Below are positions 10,203 through 19,041 of a stretch of 64,000 nucleotides of DNA, piece by piece. The stretch's first letter is position 1, and each line of letters opens with the position of its first letter. The translations under genes were made by a program, and so were the position numbers. The notes under the pieces were generated by a model, which made no database searches, was not told the DNA's origin, and was given only the letters and a program-made list of their open reading frames with translations. The stretch comes from Bacillota bacterium (GTDB lineage Bacteria > Sysuimicrobiota > Sysuimicrobiia > Sysuimicrobiales > Segetimicrobiaceae), in contig JAJPJL010000128.1 in NCBI GenBank assembly GCA_021324255.1, positions 26,422 to 90,421 on the forward strand, read 5' to 3'.

Positions 10203-10379
10203 ACATGATGGTGGTGCCCAACGCACCCCCGCCGTAGACGAGCGATGCGCTCTGCGCGTGCCGCTCCGCCGAGACCGACGGCGCGCCGCGGTACCGCGGC
10301 GCGCGGCCGCGTGGTACCATTGCCCTGGCGGCACGGCGGCACCACGCAGGCGATGCCGGCCCGCCCGAGGAGGGAACCG

Positions 10380-11318
10380 ATGACCGCGCGATTCGAGCCT
10401 ATCAGCGGCGTGCTCGCGCCGATCCTGACGCCGTTTGCGGACGATCTCAGCGTCGCCCACGATCTGTTCATCGCGCACGCGCGGCATTTGCTGTCCACCG
10501 GGTGCGCGGGCCTCGCGCCGTTCGGCACCACCGGCGAAGCGCTGTCGGTCGGCATCGACGAGCGAATCGCCGCCCTGGACCGCCTGATCGACGCCGGCGT
10601 CGACCCGCAACGGCTGATCCCCGGGACGGGCCTGACCAACCTCCCGGACACGATCACCCTGACCCGGCACGCCGCCGAGCGCGGATGCGCGGGGGCCCTG
10701 GTCCTGCCGCCCTTCTATTTCAAGAACGTCCCGGACGACGGCCTGTTCGCGTACTTCGCGCGTCTCATCGAGCGCATCCCGTCGGCCAACCTCCGCATCT
10801 ACCTCTACCATATCCCGCCGGTGTCGCAGGTCGGGTTCTCCATCGACCTCGTCCGCCGGCTGCACGCCGCGTTTCCGGCGCAGGTGGTCGGCATCAAAGA
10901 CAGCTCGGGCGATTGGAGCAACACGCGCCGTCTGCTGACCGAGGTGCCGGGGCTCGCGGTGTATCCCGGATCGGAGCTGCCGCTGCTGGACGCCCTGTCG
11001 CTCGGCGCCGCGGGCTGCATCACGGCCACGGCGAACATCAACGCCGCGGCGCTGGCGGAGGTCGTCGCGGCGTACCAGCGAGGCCGGGAGGCGGATGCGA
11101 GACAGCGGCATGAGGCGGTCAAGGCCGTCCGGCTCCTCGTGCAAGAACACGGCCCGATCCCGGCGCAGAAATACGTGCTGGCCGCCTGGTCCGGGGACGA
11201 GCGGTGGCGCCACATCCGACCGCCGCTGCTGCCGCTCGCGGACGCCGCGGGACGGCGATTGGTGCGCGCGCTGGAGCACGAGCATGGGTTGGCGCCGTCG
11301 CAGCGCACGGCGGTGTGA
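10380..11318 (+). CDS. Dihydrodipicolinate synthase (DapA/NanA) family aldolase
   Basis: GTTGE, YLYHIP, GIKDSSG motifs; RBS GAGGAGGG. Confidence 0.92.
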   Translation: MTARFEPISGVLAPILTPFADDLSVAHDLFIAHARHLLSTGCAGLAPFGTTGEALSVGIDERIAALDRLIDAGVDPQRLIPGTGLTNLPDTITLTRHAAERGCAGALVLPPFYFKNVPDDGLFAYFARLIERIPSANLRIYLYHIPPVSQVGFSIDLVRRLHAAFPAQVVGIKDSSGDWSNTRRLLTEVPGLAVYPGSELPLLDALSLGAAGCITATANINAAALAEVVAAYQRGREADARQRHEAVKAVRLLVQEHGPIPAQKYVLAAWSGDERWRHIRPPLLPLADAAGRRLVRALEHEHGLAPSQRTAV

Positions 11319-11622
11319 GGCCCCGGCGGCCGCTGGACCTCGACAGCCGAGGCCGCCGCGTCTCGCCGCGGTCGCGGTCGTGCTGGCGCTGGCGGCCTTT
11401 ACCGCGGATATCACGATCGGGTGCGGCCCCGCCTATGTGTACGGGGTCGTGGCGCAAAAGTACGCGTCCACCGGCGATCGGATGACCTGGATCCTGCAGG
11501 TCGAGGACGAGTTCTACCCGGTGCCTCAAGCCTTCTACGACCGGGTGCAACTCGGCGACACCGTCAAGTTCGACGGCCGCGCATGGTCGGTCGTGAAGCG
11601 GGCGGGCCCGACGCTGCGCTAA
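11284..11622 (+). CDS. Small exported hypothetical protein; 5' end uncertain (possible frameshift from GTG 11315)
   Basis: LAAVAVVLALAAFTADITIGCGPAYVYGVV...FYDRVQLGDTVKFDG looks protein-like but lacks a clean start. Confidence 0.5.
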   Translation: MGWRRRSARRCEAPAAAGPRQPRPPRLAAVAVVLALAAFTADITIGCGPAYVYGVVAQKYASTGDRMTWILQVEDEFYPVPQAFYDRVQLGDTVKFDGRAWSVVKRAGPTLR

Positions 11623-11698
11623 GCCGGGCCGGCCGGGGCCGCCGCCGCAGGGCGCAGAAGCGGCGCGGCGCCGAGCCCGGGCGCAACGCGATACCTCA

Positions 11699-13255
11699 TC
11701 ACGGGAACGGCCCCGTCCATGGCCGCGGGCCGGCCGAGTACCGCGACGAATGCCGCAGCGTGAGGCGCAGGGCCTTGAGCGCCGTGACGGTCCACCGGAC
11801 CCCTCCCAGCAGGAGCCCGGCCGCGTCGCGCATGCCCCAGCGATAGCGGATCACCTGCTCGTCGAGATGCGCGCGAAGGCTGAGCCCGCTGTGCTCGGCG
11901 GCCGCCGCCTGGTTCGTCGCCGAGACGGCGTCCAGAAACTCGCGGTAGGGCACGTCGTCGACGGTGACCAGACCGTAGTTCGAGTTCTCGCCGTCCGCCC
12001 GGCCCTGCGCGGGCTCGTCCGCCCACCGGAACCAGTGATATCCGACGGCCTCGGGCAGGCTCACCAGGTTCATCACGTAGTTCACGTAGGCTAAGCCCCG
12101 CGTGCGCTGGTCGAAGACCCACGGCCCCGCGCCGATCGTGTTTGGCAGGCCCGAATCCAGCGACCGGAACGAAAACTCGGTCACCAGCACCGGCCGCCCG
12201 GTGGCCGCGTACACGCGCCGAACGGCGCGGCGCGGATCCCGGACGTACAAATTGATCGAGACGACATCCGCCGCCCGCGCCGCCCGGAGCACCGGGAACG
12301 GGGGCAGGCCTTGAAACCGTTCCCCCAGGTAGAGATGGTGCGGGTCCACGTCCCGGATCGCCGCGGCGGCCACGGCAAAGTAGCGCGCCGCGACCCGCCC
12401 GAGAAATGCCTCGGCATCGAGGCGGTAGGCGCGCGTCCGCGCGGACGGCGGCACGCCGGCAAAGTCCGCAGCTGCCACCCGCCATGCCGCGTTGAGACGC
12501 GCGATGCTGCCGCCGTAGCGGTCGCGAAGAAAAGCAACCGCGTGGGTGCGCCCGGGCGCGCCGGCTGACAATTCCAGATATGCCGCCAGCAGCGTTTCGC
12601 GCCGCCGCCAGTCGGTCCCCCACCACAGCTCGTTGTCGCTGAAGTACCCGAGCAGGTTCGGGTCGTCCGCGATCGGCAACTCCAGGGCCGCCGCGGTCTG
12701 CCGCGCCGTGGCCTCGAATCCGGGCGCGTACACGTCGACCGGCTTGCCGCGCGGCGGATCCGCCCCCGCCCGCGCCCCGAAATCGAGCATGACGGTATAC
12801 GCCATACCGTGGGTCCACAACTGCGGATCGGACCACGCGCCGAGCGTGTTGAAGGCCGAGAGGCGCAGGAGCGACAGCGCGGCATCGGCCCACGCCGCCC
12901 GGTCCGCGTACCGCCGGCGCACCGCCTCCAGGTAGGGGGACGGCCCCGTGCCGCGGATCGGATCACCATCGTACGTGACGTCGTTGACGCCGACCGATAC
13001 CACGGGGTGCCCGGAGGGGTCGACGAACCACCACCGTCCGTCGATCCGGGCCACGCGGTAGAAGCCCGTCGCGGCGACAGGCGACAACACGGACGGAGGC
13101 TGGGGCACCACCGGCGACACCGCCGCCACCGTTCCCAGGCTCAGCGTGAGCAGGCACATGCCGAGCGCGACGGCGCCCCTCGCCCGCCGGCGCCACGGAT
13201 CCGCACCGTGCCCATTGCCGAGTCGCGCCGGGATGCGCATTCGCAGCCGCGCCAC
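11699..13255 (-). CDS. Secreted glycoside hydrolase, GH50 (beta-agarase)-like clan GH-A enzyme
   Basis: GFYRVARIDGRWWFVDPSG, FNTLGAWSD, GYFSDNEL (acid/base), PVLVTEFSF (nucleophile), GYHWFRWADEP..GR.DGENSNYGLV. Confidence 0.8.
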   Translation of the reverse strand: MARLRMRIPARLGNGHGADPWRRRARGAVALGMCLLTLSLGTVAAVSPVVPQPPSVLSPVAATGFYRVARIDGRWWFVDPSGHPVVSVGVNDVTYDGDPIRGTGPSPYLEAVRRRYADRAAWADAALSLLRLSAFNTLGAWSDPQLWTHGMAYTVMLDFGARAGADPPRGKPVDVYAPGFEATARQTAAALELPIADDPNLLGYFSDNELWWGTDWRRRETLLAAYLELSAGAPGRTHAVAFLRDRYGGSIARLNAAWRVAAADFAGVPPSARTRAYRLDAEAFLGRVAARYFAVAAAAIRDVDPHHLYLGERFQGLPPFPVLRAARAADVVSINLYVRDPRRAVRRVYAATGRPVLVTEFSFRSLDSGLPNTIGAGPWVFDQRTRGLAYVNYVMNLVSLPEAVGYHWFRWADEPAQGRADGENSNYGLVTVDDVPYREFLDAVSATNQAAAAEHSGLSLRAHLDEQVIRYRWGMRDAAGLLLGGVRWTVTALKALRLTLRHSSRYSAGPRPWTGPFP

Positions 13256-13330
13256 TGGGTGTGTGCCTCGCGATGCCCCTATAGAAGGTAATGCCCCGGG
13301 GGCGCGCGGCGAAATCCGGCGCGGCCGGGC

Positions 13331-14497
13331 TCATCCGCTCCCGCCGTCCTCGGCGGCGAGCGGCCGGCCGCCGATCACGGTCAGGACCGGGACGAGACGG
13401 CGGCGCGCGTGCATGGTCCGACCGGTGACATCCATGAATGAAAACGTACCGGCGCGGTCATCCAGCACCGTGACGTCCGCGGGCGCGCCCGCACGCAGCG
13501 TGCCGAGGTCCGGCCGCCCGATCGCCCGGGCCGGCGCCACGGTCGCGGCGGCGATGACCCGGTCGAGCGGCATGCCGAGCACGAGCAGCTTCGACATCGT
13601 CGTCGGCAGATCGTACGCCGGGCCGTCAATGCACAATGCGTGGACGTCGCTGCTGATCACGTCCGGCAGGAAGCCCGCGGCGAGACACGCCTCGGCGCTC
13701 TCGAAGGAAAAGCTGCCCATCCCGTGGCCGATGTCGATGACGACGCCCCGCGAACGCGCATCCCACAGTTCCGGCAGCACCCGGCCGGTGACGCCCGGAT
13801 CCACCGTCGGCCCGTTGGGGAACGGCCGGAACGCGTGGGTCAAGATGTCGCCCGGGCGCAGGAGCGGAAGCACCTCGCGCCGGGTCGGCGGCGGCATATC
13901 GGTGTGTACCATCAGGCGCGCGCCGAGGGCCTCAGCCGCCGCGAGCGCGAGGTGCAGCGGCGCGATGCCCCGGCCCTCGCCGGCGATCAGGCCGAGGCGC
14001 ACCTTGATCCCCAGCACGAGGTCGCCGTGCTCGCGGGCCGCGCGGACGGCCTCGCCCACATGCAGCAGGCGCAGGTCGACCGATTCTCCCACCATGAGCT
14101 GGCGCGAAAACGCGAAGATACCGGCGTAGCTGATGTTGAGGAAGGGCAGCACGCGAACCCGCGCGCGCTCGATCAGATGCCGGCGAAATCCCCGAATGTT
14201 GCCGGCGCCCGCGCTCCCGGCATCGACAAACGTCGTCACGCCCGCGCGCGCGCTGAGCGCGTCGGGATCGATGCCCAGCGAGGTACCGCCCCAGTACACG
14301 TGCGCGTGGAGGTCGATCAGCCCGGGGGTGACGAGCTTGCCCGACACGTCGATGACGCGCGCGGCTTCCTCCCGCGGCAACGCGGGCCCCACCGCCGCGA
14401 CGCGGCCGTCCGCGATGGCGACGTCCGCGACCGCGTGCAGGCGCTGAGACGGATCCAGCACCGTGCCGTTCGCGAGCACGAGATCGTATGGCGGCAC
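13331..14497 (-). CDS. Amidohydrolase/deacetylase family metallohydrolase (dihydroorotase-like)
   Basis: PGLIDLHAH, DAGSAGA, GIKVR, LMVH, DILTH, DIGHG, SSDVH; GGAGGTG RBS before GTG 14497. Confidence 0.9.
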   Translation of the reverse strand: MPPYDLVLANGTVLDPSQRLHAVADVAIADGRVAAVGPALPREEAARVIDVSGKLVTPGLIDLHAHVYWGGTSLGIDPDALSARAGVTTFVDAGSAGAGNIRGFRRHLIERARVRVLPFLNISYAGIFAFSRQLMVGESVDLRLLHVGEAVRAAREHGDLVLGIKVRLGLIAGEGRGIAPLHLALAAAEALGARLMVHTDMPPPTRREVLPLLRPGDILTHAFRPFPNGPTVDPGVTGRVLPELWDARSRGVVIDIGHGMGSFSFESAEACLAAGFLPDVISSDVHALCIDGPAYDLPTTMSKLLVLGMPLDRVIAAATVAPARAIGRPDLGTLRAGAPADVTVLDDRAGTFSFMDVTGRTMHARRRLVPVLTVIGGRPLAAEDGGSG

Positions 14498-14593
14498 CGC
14501 ATCACCTCCAATTGGCGCGCGACCCATCGGGCGCGGGCGCAGTCCGGGTACCGCCCGGGGGTCGGGCGGCGGCGGCGCGATCGCGCTGTGCGC

Positions 14594-15643
14594 TTAGGGA
14601 GACGGCGCCGGAGCCGGCGCGAAAGAACGCTCGACGATCTGATCGGGATTGCCCAACCGCCCCAGCGGTCGCCCATCCACGGCGACGGCCACGGCGCCGG
14701 CGTTGGTCGTGCTCAGGATGACTTCCCGCCGGCCGGCCCACACCCGCCGCTCGCCCGGCGCCAGCACTCCGTCGTAGACCGCGCGCCCGTCAACGATCGC
14801 GCGGACCCACGCCTGCGCGCTGGCGGCGATCTCCACGCGCACGGACTGCGCGGCCCCGGGCCGCACGCTCGGCGGCGGGGCGGCGGTGGCTCCAGGCGGC
14901 GCCGGCGATGCCTGGGAGACCGGCGAGCCCGATGTCGAGGCCGGGGCGGGGGCAGCTCCGGGAGTCGCGCGCGCAGGCGGCGAAGCCAGGGTGACAGGCG
15001 CGGGAGGAGCCGGCATCGCCTGCTGGGCGCTTGGACTGACCGGCGATCCCTGACCGGCGGCCGGCGGCCGCACGACTGCCCCGGTCACCGGCGCGGCCTG
15101 GCTGGTCGGGGCGGGCGCGCCCTGGGCCCCCGTCCCGGGCGCCGCGGTCGCCGGAGTGGCCACGCGCGGCGAGGGCGGCGACGCGGCCCCGGCGTCCGCA
15201 GCGCCGGCGGCGGCGGACGTCGCGGGGCGCGCGGACCTGGCGGCGCCGTGCGGGCGTTCCAGGCCGTGATAGACGAGATACGCGGCGGCTACGGCGGCCA
15301 CAAGCGCAACCGGCGCCACGAGCCGGCTCGCCGGCCGGCGAGCCGGCGATGCCACGCGCGTCTCCGGGTAAACCGACGCCGGCGGCGGCTCGCCCTCCCC
15401 GGCAAAGGCCCGGGCCGCTACGAGCTCCTGAATGAGCTCGTCCGGGGACAGTCCGAGATAGGTGGCGTAGTTGCGAAGGAATCCCTTGGCGTACACCGGG
15501 CCGGGAAGGTCGCCAAACCGGTCGCTCTCGAGGGCGTCGAGGTGGCGCTCCGGAATACGCGTGTTCGCGGCGACCGCTTGCAGGGACCATCCGAGCGCCT
15601 GCCGCGCCCGGCGCAATCGCTCACCGACGCCGATCGCGTCCAT
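14594..15643 (-). CDS. rodZ: RodZ-like protein (HTH + TM + Pro/Ala linker + DUF4115-like domain)
   Basis: GERLRRARQ...LDALESD..LPGPVYAKGFLRNYATYLGL; C-terminal AWVRAIVDG...NAGAVAVAVDG. Confidence 0.75.
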   Translation of the reverse strand: MDAIGVGERLRRARQALGWSLQAVAANTRIPERHLDALESDRFGDLPGPVYAKGFLRNYATYLGLSPDELIQELVAARAFAGEGEPPPASVYPETRVASPARRPASRLVAPVALVAAVAAAYLVYHGLERPHGAARSARPATSAAAGAADAGAASPPSPRVATPATAAPGTGAQGAPAPTSQAAPVTGAVVRPPAAGQGSPVSPSAQQAMPAPPAPVTLASPPARATPGAAPAPASTSGSPVSQASPAPPGATAAPPPSVRPGAAQSVRVEIAASAQAWVRAIVDGRAVYDGVLAPGERRVWAGRREVILSTTNAGAVAVAVDGRPLGRLGNPDQIVERSFAPAPAPSP

Positions 15644-15834
15644 GATGACCACCGTCGATTGGAGCGGCCACTGTGTACCGCTATCCTAAGCGACGGCGAC
15701 GGGCCGAGCAAGAGGCTCGAGGCCGCGCCGGAGCGCGGGTCCGCGGTGCGGCCCGGTACCCGTCCGAACGGCAGGCCCGGAGGCAGACCGCGGCCGCGGC
15801 GCGTTCCCCGGGACCCGCGGCGCTGCCGCCGCGC

Positions 15835-16266
15835 GTGGCGCTGCTGCTTCGACGAGCCCGCGTGGCCCGGCTGGCCACCGCCGATCCGCGCGGGCAGCCA
15901 TACGCGGTGCCCGTGTGCTTTGCGTTCGACGGCGGGAGCATCGTGAGCGTCATCGACGCCAAGCCCAAGCGCCTCGCCCCACGCCGTCTACGCCGGATCC
16001 GCAATATCGCCCTGAACCCCCGGGTGGCGCTGCTTGTCGACGCCTACCATGAGACGTGGACGAGGCTGTGGTACGTGCTCGTGCTGGGGCGGGCCGAGCT
16101 CGTCGAGCCGGGCACACCGCGCCACGCTCCGGCAATCCGGCTCCTGCGTCGCAAGTACCGCCAGTACCGCACCATGCCGCTGGACGAGGCTCTCGTGATC
16201 GATATCGTCCCGCAGCGCGTGGCGGCATGGTTTGCCCGCAGACCGGCGCGCGCTCGACCGCGATAG
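15835..16266 (+). CDS. PPOX-class (pyridoxamine 5'-phosphate oxidase-like) putative F420-dependent oxidoreductase, TIGR03668-like
   Basis: ARVARLATAD..GQPYAVPVCFA..DAKPK..RIRNIALNPRVALLVDAY.E.WTRLWYV; start uncertain. Confidence 0.85.
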   Translation: MALLLRRARVARLATADPRGQPYAVPVCFAFDGGSIVSVIDAKPKRLAPRRLRRIRNIALNPRVALLVDAYHETWTRLWYVLVLGRAELVEPGTPRHAPAIRLLRRKYRQYRTMPLDEALVIDIVPQRVAAWFARRPARARPR

Positions 16267-16344
16267 TCGCGGCGGCGTGCTCCGCGCGTACGTGGCCCGG
16301 CTCGACGACTGGCACGAACAACGCGGGGACGTTCGCCGCTCCGA

Positions 16345-16623
16345 CTAGGCGCCGTCCCTGCCGCGGTGCTGCGCGGCGCGGGCCGCCGGAGCCGGACGAA
16401 CGACATCCCGGATCGACGCGGCGGCGGACAGCTCCGGCAGCAAACAGCACGACGCGACGGCGCAGGGAACGGGCGAGCCGGTCTCCGGCGCCAACACCCC
16501 GGGGATCCCGGGCAGCGGCAACGGCTGCGGGTCCAGCTGGCACGACCCCGCGATCGGAGCCGCCGGCAACGCCAGCGCGGCGCCGATTGTCAAGATGGCG
16601 AGCACGATCATGGTGTGGTGCAT
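16345..16623 (-). CDS. Small exported Cys-containing hypothetical protein
   Basis: AAGGGG RBS, signal-like N-terminus, 4 Cys. Confidence 0.45.
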   Translation of the reverse strand: MHHTMIVLAILTIGAALALPAAPIAGSCQLDPQPLPLPGIPGVLAPETGSPVPCAVASCCLLPELSAAASIRDVVRPAPAARAAQHRGRDGA

Positions 16624-16658
16624 CGGTCCCCTTTCTCCGCCCGAAGGCGCGCCGCCCC

Positions 16659-16700
16659 AAAAAGACCGAGCGGCCGGACCGGGACATCCCGGTCCGGCCG
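16659..16700 (-). terminator. Probable intrinsic terminator after the peptide gene pair
   Basis: Perfect 13-bp inverted repeat CGGCCGGACCGGG/CCCGGTCCGGCCG (16671-16700) with a 4-nt loop, followed on the minus strand by CTCGGTC and a T5 run. Confidence 0.65.
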
Positions 16701-16718
16701 CCGGCGGCGACGAATCGG

Positions 16719-16931
16719 TTACTGGTTCTGCTGCAGGTAGACCGGCGTGTTGTCGCCCGTGTTCAGCTGTGGCGCTTGGTCGGTGTTGCCCGTGGTCACC
16801 ATGGTCGTCGCCACGTCCGGCGTCGACACGGCGCCGGCCGGATACCCTTGTCCATTCTCGTCCGCGAGAGCGGCGGCAGGGGCCAGGGCCATCGCCGCAC
16901 CCAGGGTGAGCAGTGCCAGAACTCGACGCAT
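16719..16931 (-). CDS. Small secreted peptide B (70 aa; ADENG...TPVYLQQNQ)
   Basis: GAGGAGG RBS, Sec signal ending ALA-D, paralogous to 16989-17213. Confidence 0.8.
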   Translation of the reverse strand: MRRVLALLTLGAAMALAPAAALADENGQGYPAGAVSTPDVATTMVTTGNTDQAPQLNTGDNTPVYLQQNQ

Positions 16932-16988
16932 GATCGTTGCCTCCTCTACGTTCGGTCGCTCGATTTTGTGGGCTCGTGTTGCGAGCCG

Positions 16989-17213
16989 TTACTGGTTGTT
17001 CTGCAGGTACACCGGCGTCTGCTGATCCGCCGGTGCCCCGTCGGACGGTCCGAGCTGCTGCGCGCCCGCACCGCTGCCCGACCCGATCTCGACGGCGGCG
17101 CTCGACGTCGTGCCCGTGAACGGAGACGAATGCCCGTTCTCATCCGCCATCGCCGCGGCCGGCGTCAGCGCCGCTGCCGCTCCGAGTACAACCATTGCCA
17201 GAAGTCGACGCAT
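16989..17213 (-). CDS. Small secreted peptide A (74 aa; ADENG...TPVYLQNNQ)
   Basis: AAAGGAGG RBS, Sec signal ending AMA-D, paralogous to 16719-16931. Confidence 0.8.
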   Translation of the reverse strand: MRRLLAMVVLGAAAALTPAAAMADENGHSSPFTGTTSSAAVEIGSGSGAGAQQLGPSDGAPADQQTPVYLQNNQ

Positions 17214-17295
17214 CGAAGGTGTCCTCCTTTCTCGATCCTTTCAGATCTAGGGTCTGATTCTTCTTTGGTACAAGCCGCTTACTATTCACAACCAG

Positions 17296-17324
17296 ACGAT
17301 ACCATGGAGACTTCTTATTGTCAA
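17296..17324 (-). promoter_or_regulatory. Sigma70-type promoter for the peptide genes
   Basis: Minus strand TTGACA-17 nt-TATCGT with an extended -10 TG. Confidence 0.7.
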
Positions 17325-17388
17325 GACACTTCCCTTCTGTTAGTATGTAACAGGTAGGCAAAGAAAAATATTCCGAGGAGAAACCGCG

Positions 17389-17727
17389 ATGGACGACGGG
17401 ACGCACATCTGCCCAAAGTTCCACCGCGCCATCGAGTTGATCGGCAAGCGGTGGACGGGCGCCATCATCTGGGCGCTGCTGGACGGGCCGCAACGATTCT
17501 CGGGGCTCCTGGACGTCATTCCCGGCCTGCATGACCGGGTGCTGTCGGAGCGCTTGAAGGAGATGGAAGCCGAGGGCATCGTACGGCGCCAGGTCTATGC
17601 CGAGACGCCGGTCAGGATCGAATATGCCCTCACCGACAAGGGACGGGACCTGCAACGGGTCGTGGCGGAGATGAAGCGGTGGGCGGACCGCTGGCTCCGC
17701 CCGGCCGCGCGCGCCGCGAGAAACTAA
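17389..17727 (+). CDS. HxlR/DUF24 family winged-helix regulator
   Basis: CPKFHRAIELIGKRW..RFSGL..IPGL..RVLSERLKEME..ETPVRIEYALTDKG; GAGGAG RBS. Confidence 0.92.
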   Translation: MDDGTHICPKFHRAIELIGKRWTGAIIWALLDGPQRFSGLLDVIPGLHDRVLSERLKEMEAEGIVRRQVYAETPVRIEYALTDKGRDLQRVVAEMKRWADRWLRPAARAARN

Positions 17728-17754
17728 CGGAGCGCCCGGAGGCGCGCCTGTGCC

Positions 17755-18198
17755 TTAGGGGAGCGGGCGCGCGTAGCCGCCGGTGTCCGCGGCCTCATCG
17801 GGCACGCGCGCCGGAGGGGCGGCGTCCGGGGTGCGCCGCTCGGTCATCGAGCGCACGGCGTCGTCGACGTCCGGAAAGATGTCGAACACCTCGTGGAGCG
17901 ACAGCGCGGAGAAGACCTCGCGCATCGCCTGCGACGTAAAGACCAGCGCCAGATCGACATCCATGATACGGCACCGGTCCCGGATCCCCATGAGCACGTT
18001 CAACGCCGTGCTATCGAGGTACGTCACGCGCGACAGATCGATCACGAGCGGCAGGCGATCGCGCAACGCCTGAGTGAGGACGTCCTGCGGGACGTAGATA
18101 TTGCTGACGTCGATTTCGCCCTGCACGCGCACCAGGTTGACGTGCTCCAGCCGGACCATCTGGCACCACAGCGACTCAGCGCGGCGATCCGTCACCAT
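17755..18198 (-). CDS. STAS domain anti-sigma factor antagonist
   Basis: VQGEIDVS...IDLSRVTYLDSTAL motif. Confidence 0.85.
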   Translation of the reverse strand: MVTDRRAESLWCQMVRLEHVNLVRVQGEIDVSNIYVPQDVLTQALRDRLPLVIDLSRVTYLDSTALNVLMGIRDRCRIMDVDLALVFTSQAMREVFSALSLHEVFDIFPDVDDAVRSMTERRTPDAAPPARVPDEAADTGGYARPLP

Positions 18199-18300
18199 GG
18201 CGCCCCTCCCGGATGCGGCGAAATCCTGCTTCAATGATGCGCCGCGGTTGCGGCAAAATCAACCGGGCCGTACCCTCGAGGGTCCCGGGACGGGCGCGGC

Positions 18301-19041
18301 TCATCCGGCGGCGGCGGGCCCGCGCGCGCGCCCGAACGCGACGCGGGCGAACGTCGCGGTGATGCGCACGCTCGCCGCGAGCGTGCCGCGCAGCGTGCCC
18401 GATACCTTGGACCTCCCGCCCGCGCGGCGGCGGTGGTCCACCGGCACCTCCAGGATGCGGAGCCCCAACGCCGCCGCGCGCATCTGCATCTCGAGGTTCC
18501 AGCCGTACGTCGGCTCCCGCATCCCGAGCCGCTCCAACGCGCCGCGGCGAATGGCGCGGAACGGGCACATGTCGCTGTAGCGCACGCCGTACCGCAGGCG
18601 CACGAGGATGCCGGCGAGGCGCGCCGCGAGCACCTGCGAGCGGCCCATGCTCCCGGCCTCCCGGCGGCCGCGAAGGCGCGAGCCGATGACGAAATCCTGG
18701 TCCCCCGCGAGGATCGGCGCCACGAGCCGGTCCATGAGTTCGGGGCGGTCGCTGCCGTCGCCGTCGAGAAACACGATGACGGCGCACCGCGGGTCCACGG
18801 CGCGGACACCCGCGGCGCAGGCCCGGCCGTAGCCGCGCTGCCGCTCACGCACGACCCGCGCCCCGGCCGTTCGCGCCTGCTCGGCCGTGGCGTCGTCGCT
18901 CCCGTTGTCCACCACGATCACCTCGTCGGCGATCCCCCGCGGGACCGCCCCGACAACCCGCGCGATGGTGTCGGCCTCGTTCAGCGCGGGAATGACCACG
19001 GACACCCAGGCGCCGTGACGCTCCGCCCGCGGACCCGTCAT
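18301..19041 (-). CDS. GT2 glycosyltransferase (polyprenol-phosphate glycosyltransferase-like)
   Basis: VVIPALNEA..VVDNGSDD..GYGRAC..FLDGDGSD..FVIGSR..SKVSG; ATGA overlap with the upstream gene. Confidence 0.92.
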   Translation of the reverse strand: MTGPRAERHGAWVSVVIPALNEADTIARVVGAVPRGIADEVIVVDNGSDDATAEQARTAGARVVRERQRGYGRACAAGVRAVDPRCAVIVFLDGDGSDRPELMDRLVAPILAGDQDFVIGSRLRGRREAGSMGRSQVLAARLAGILVRLRYGVRYSDMCPFRAIRRGALERLGMREPTYGWNLEMQMRAAALGLRILEVPVDHRRRAGGRSKVSGTLRGTLAASVRITATFARVAFGRARGPAAAG

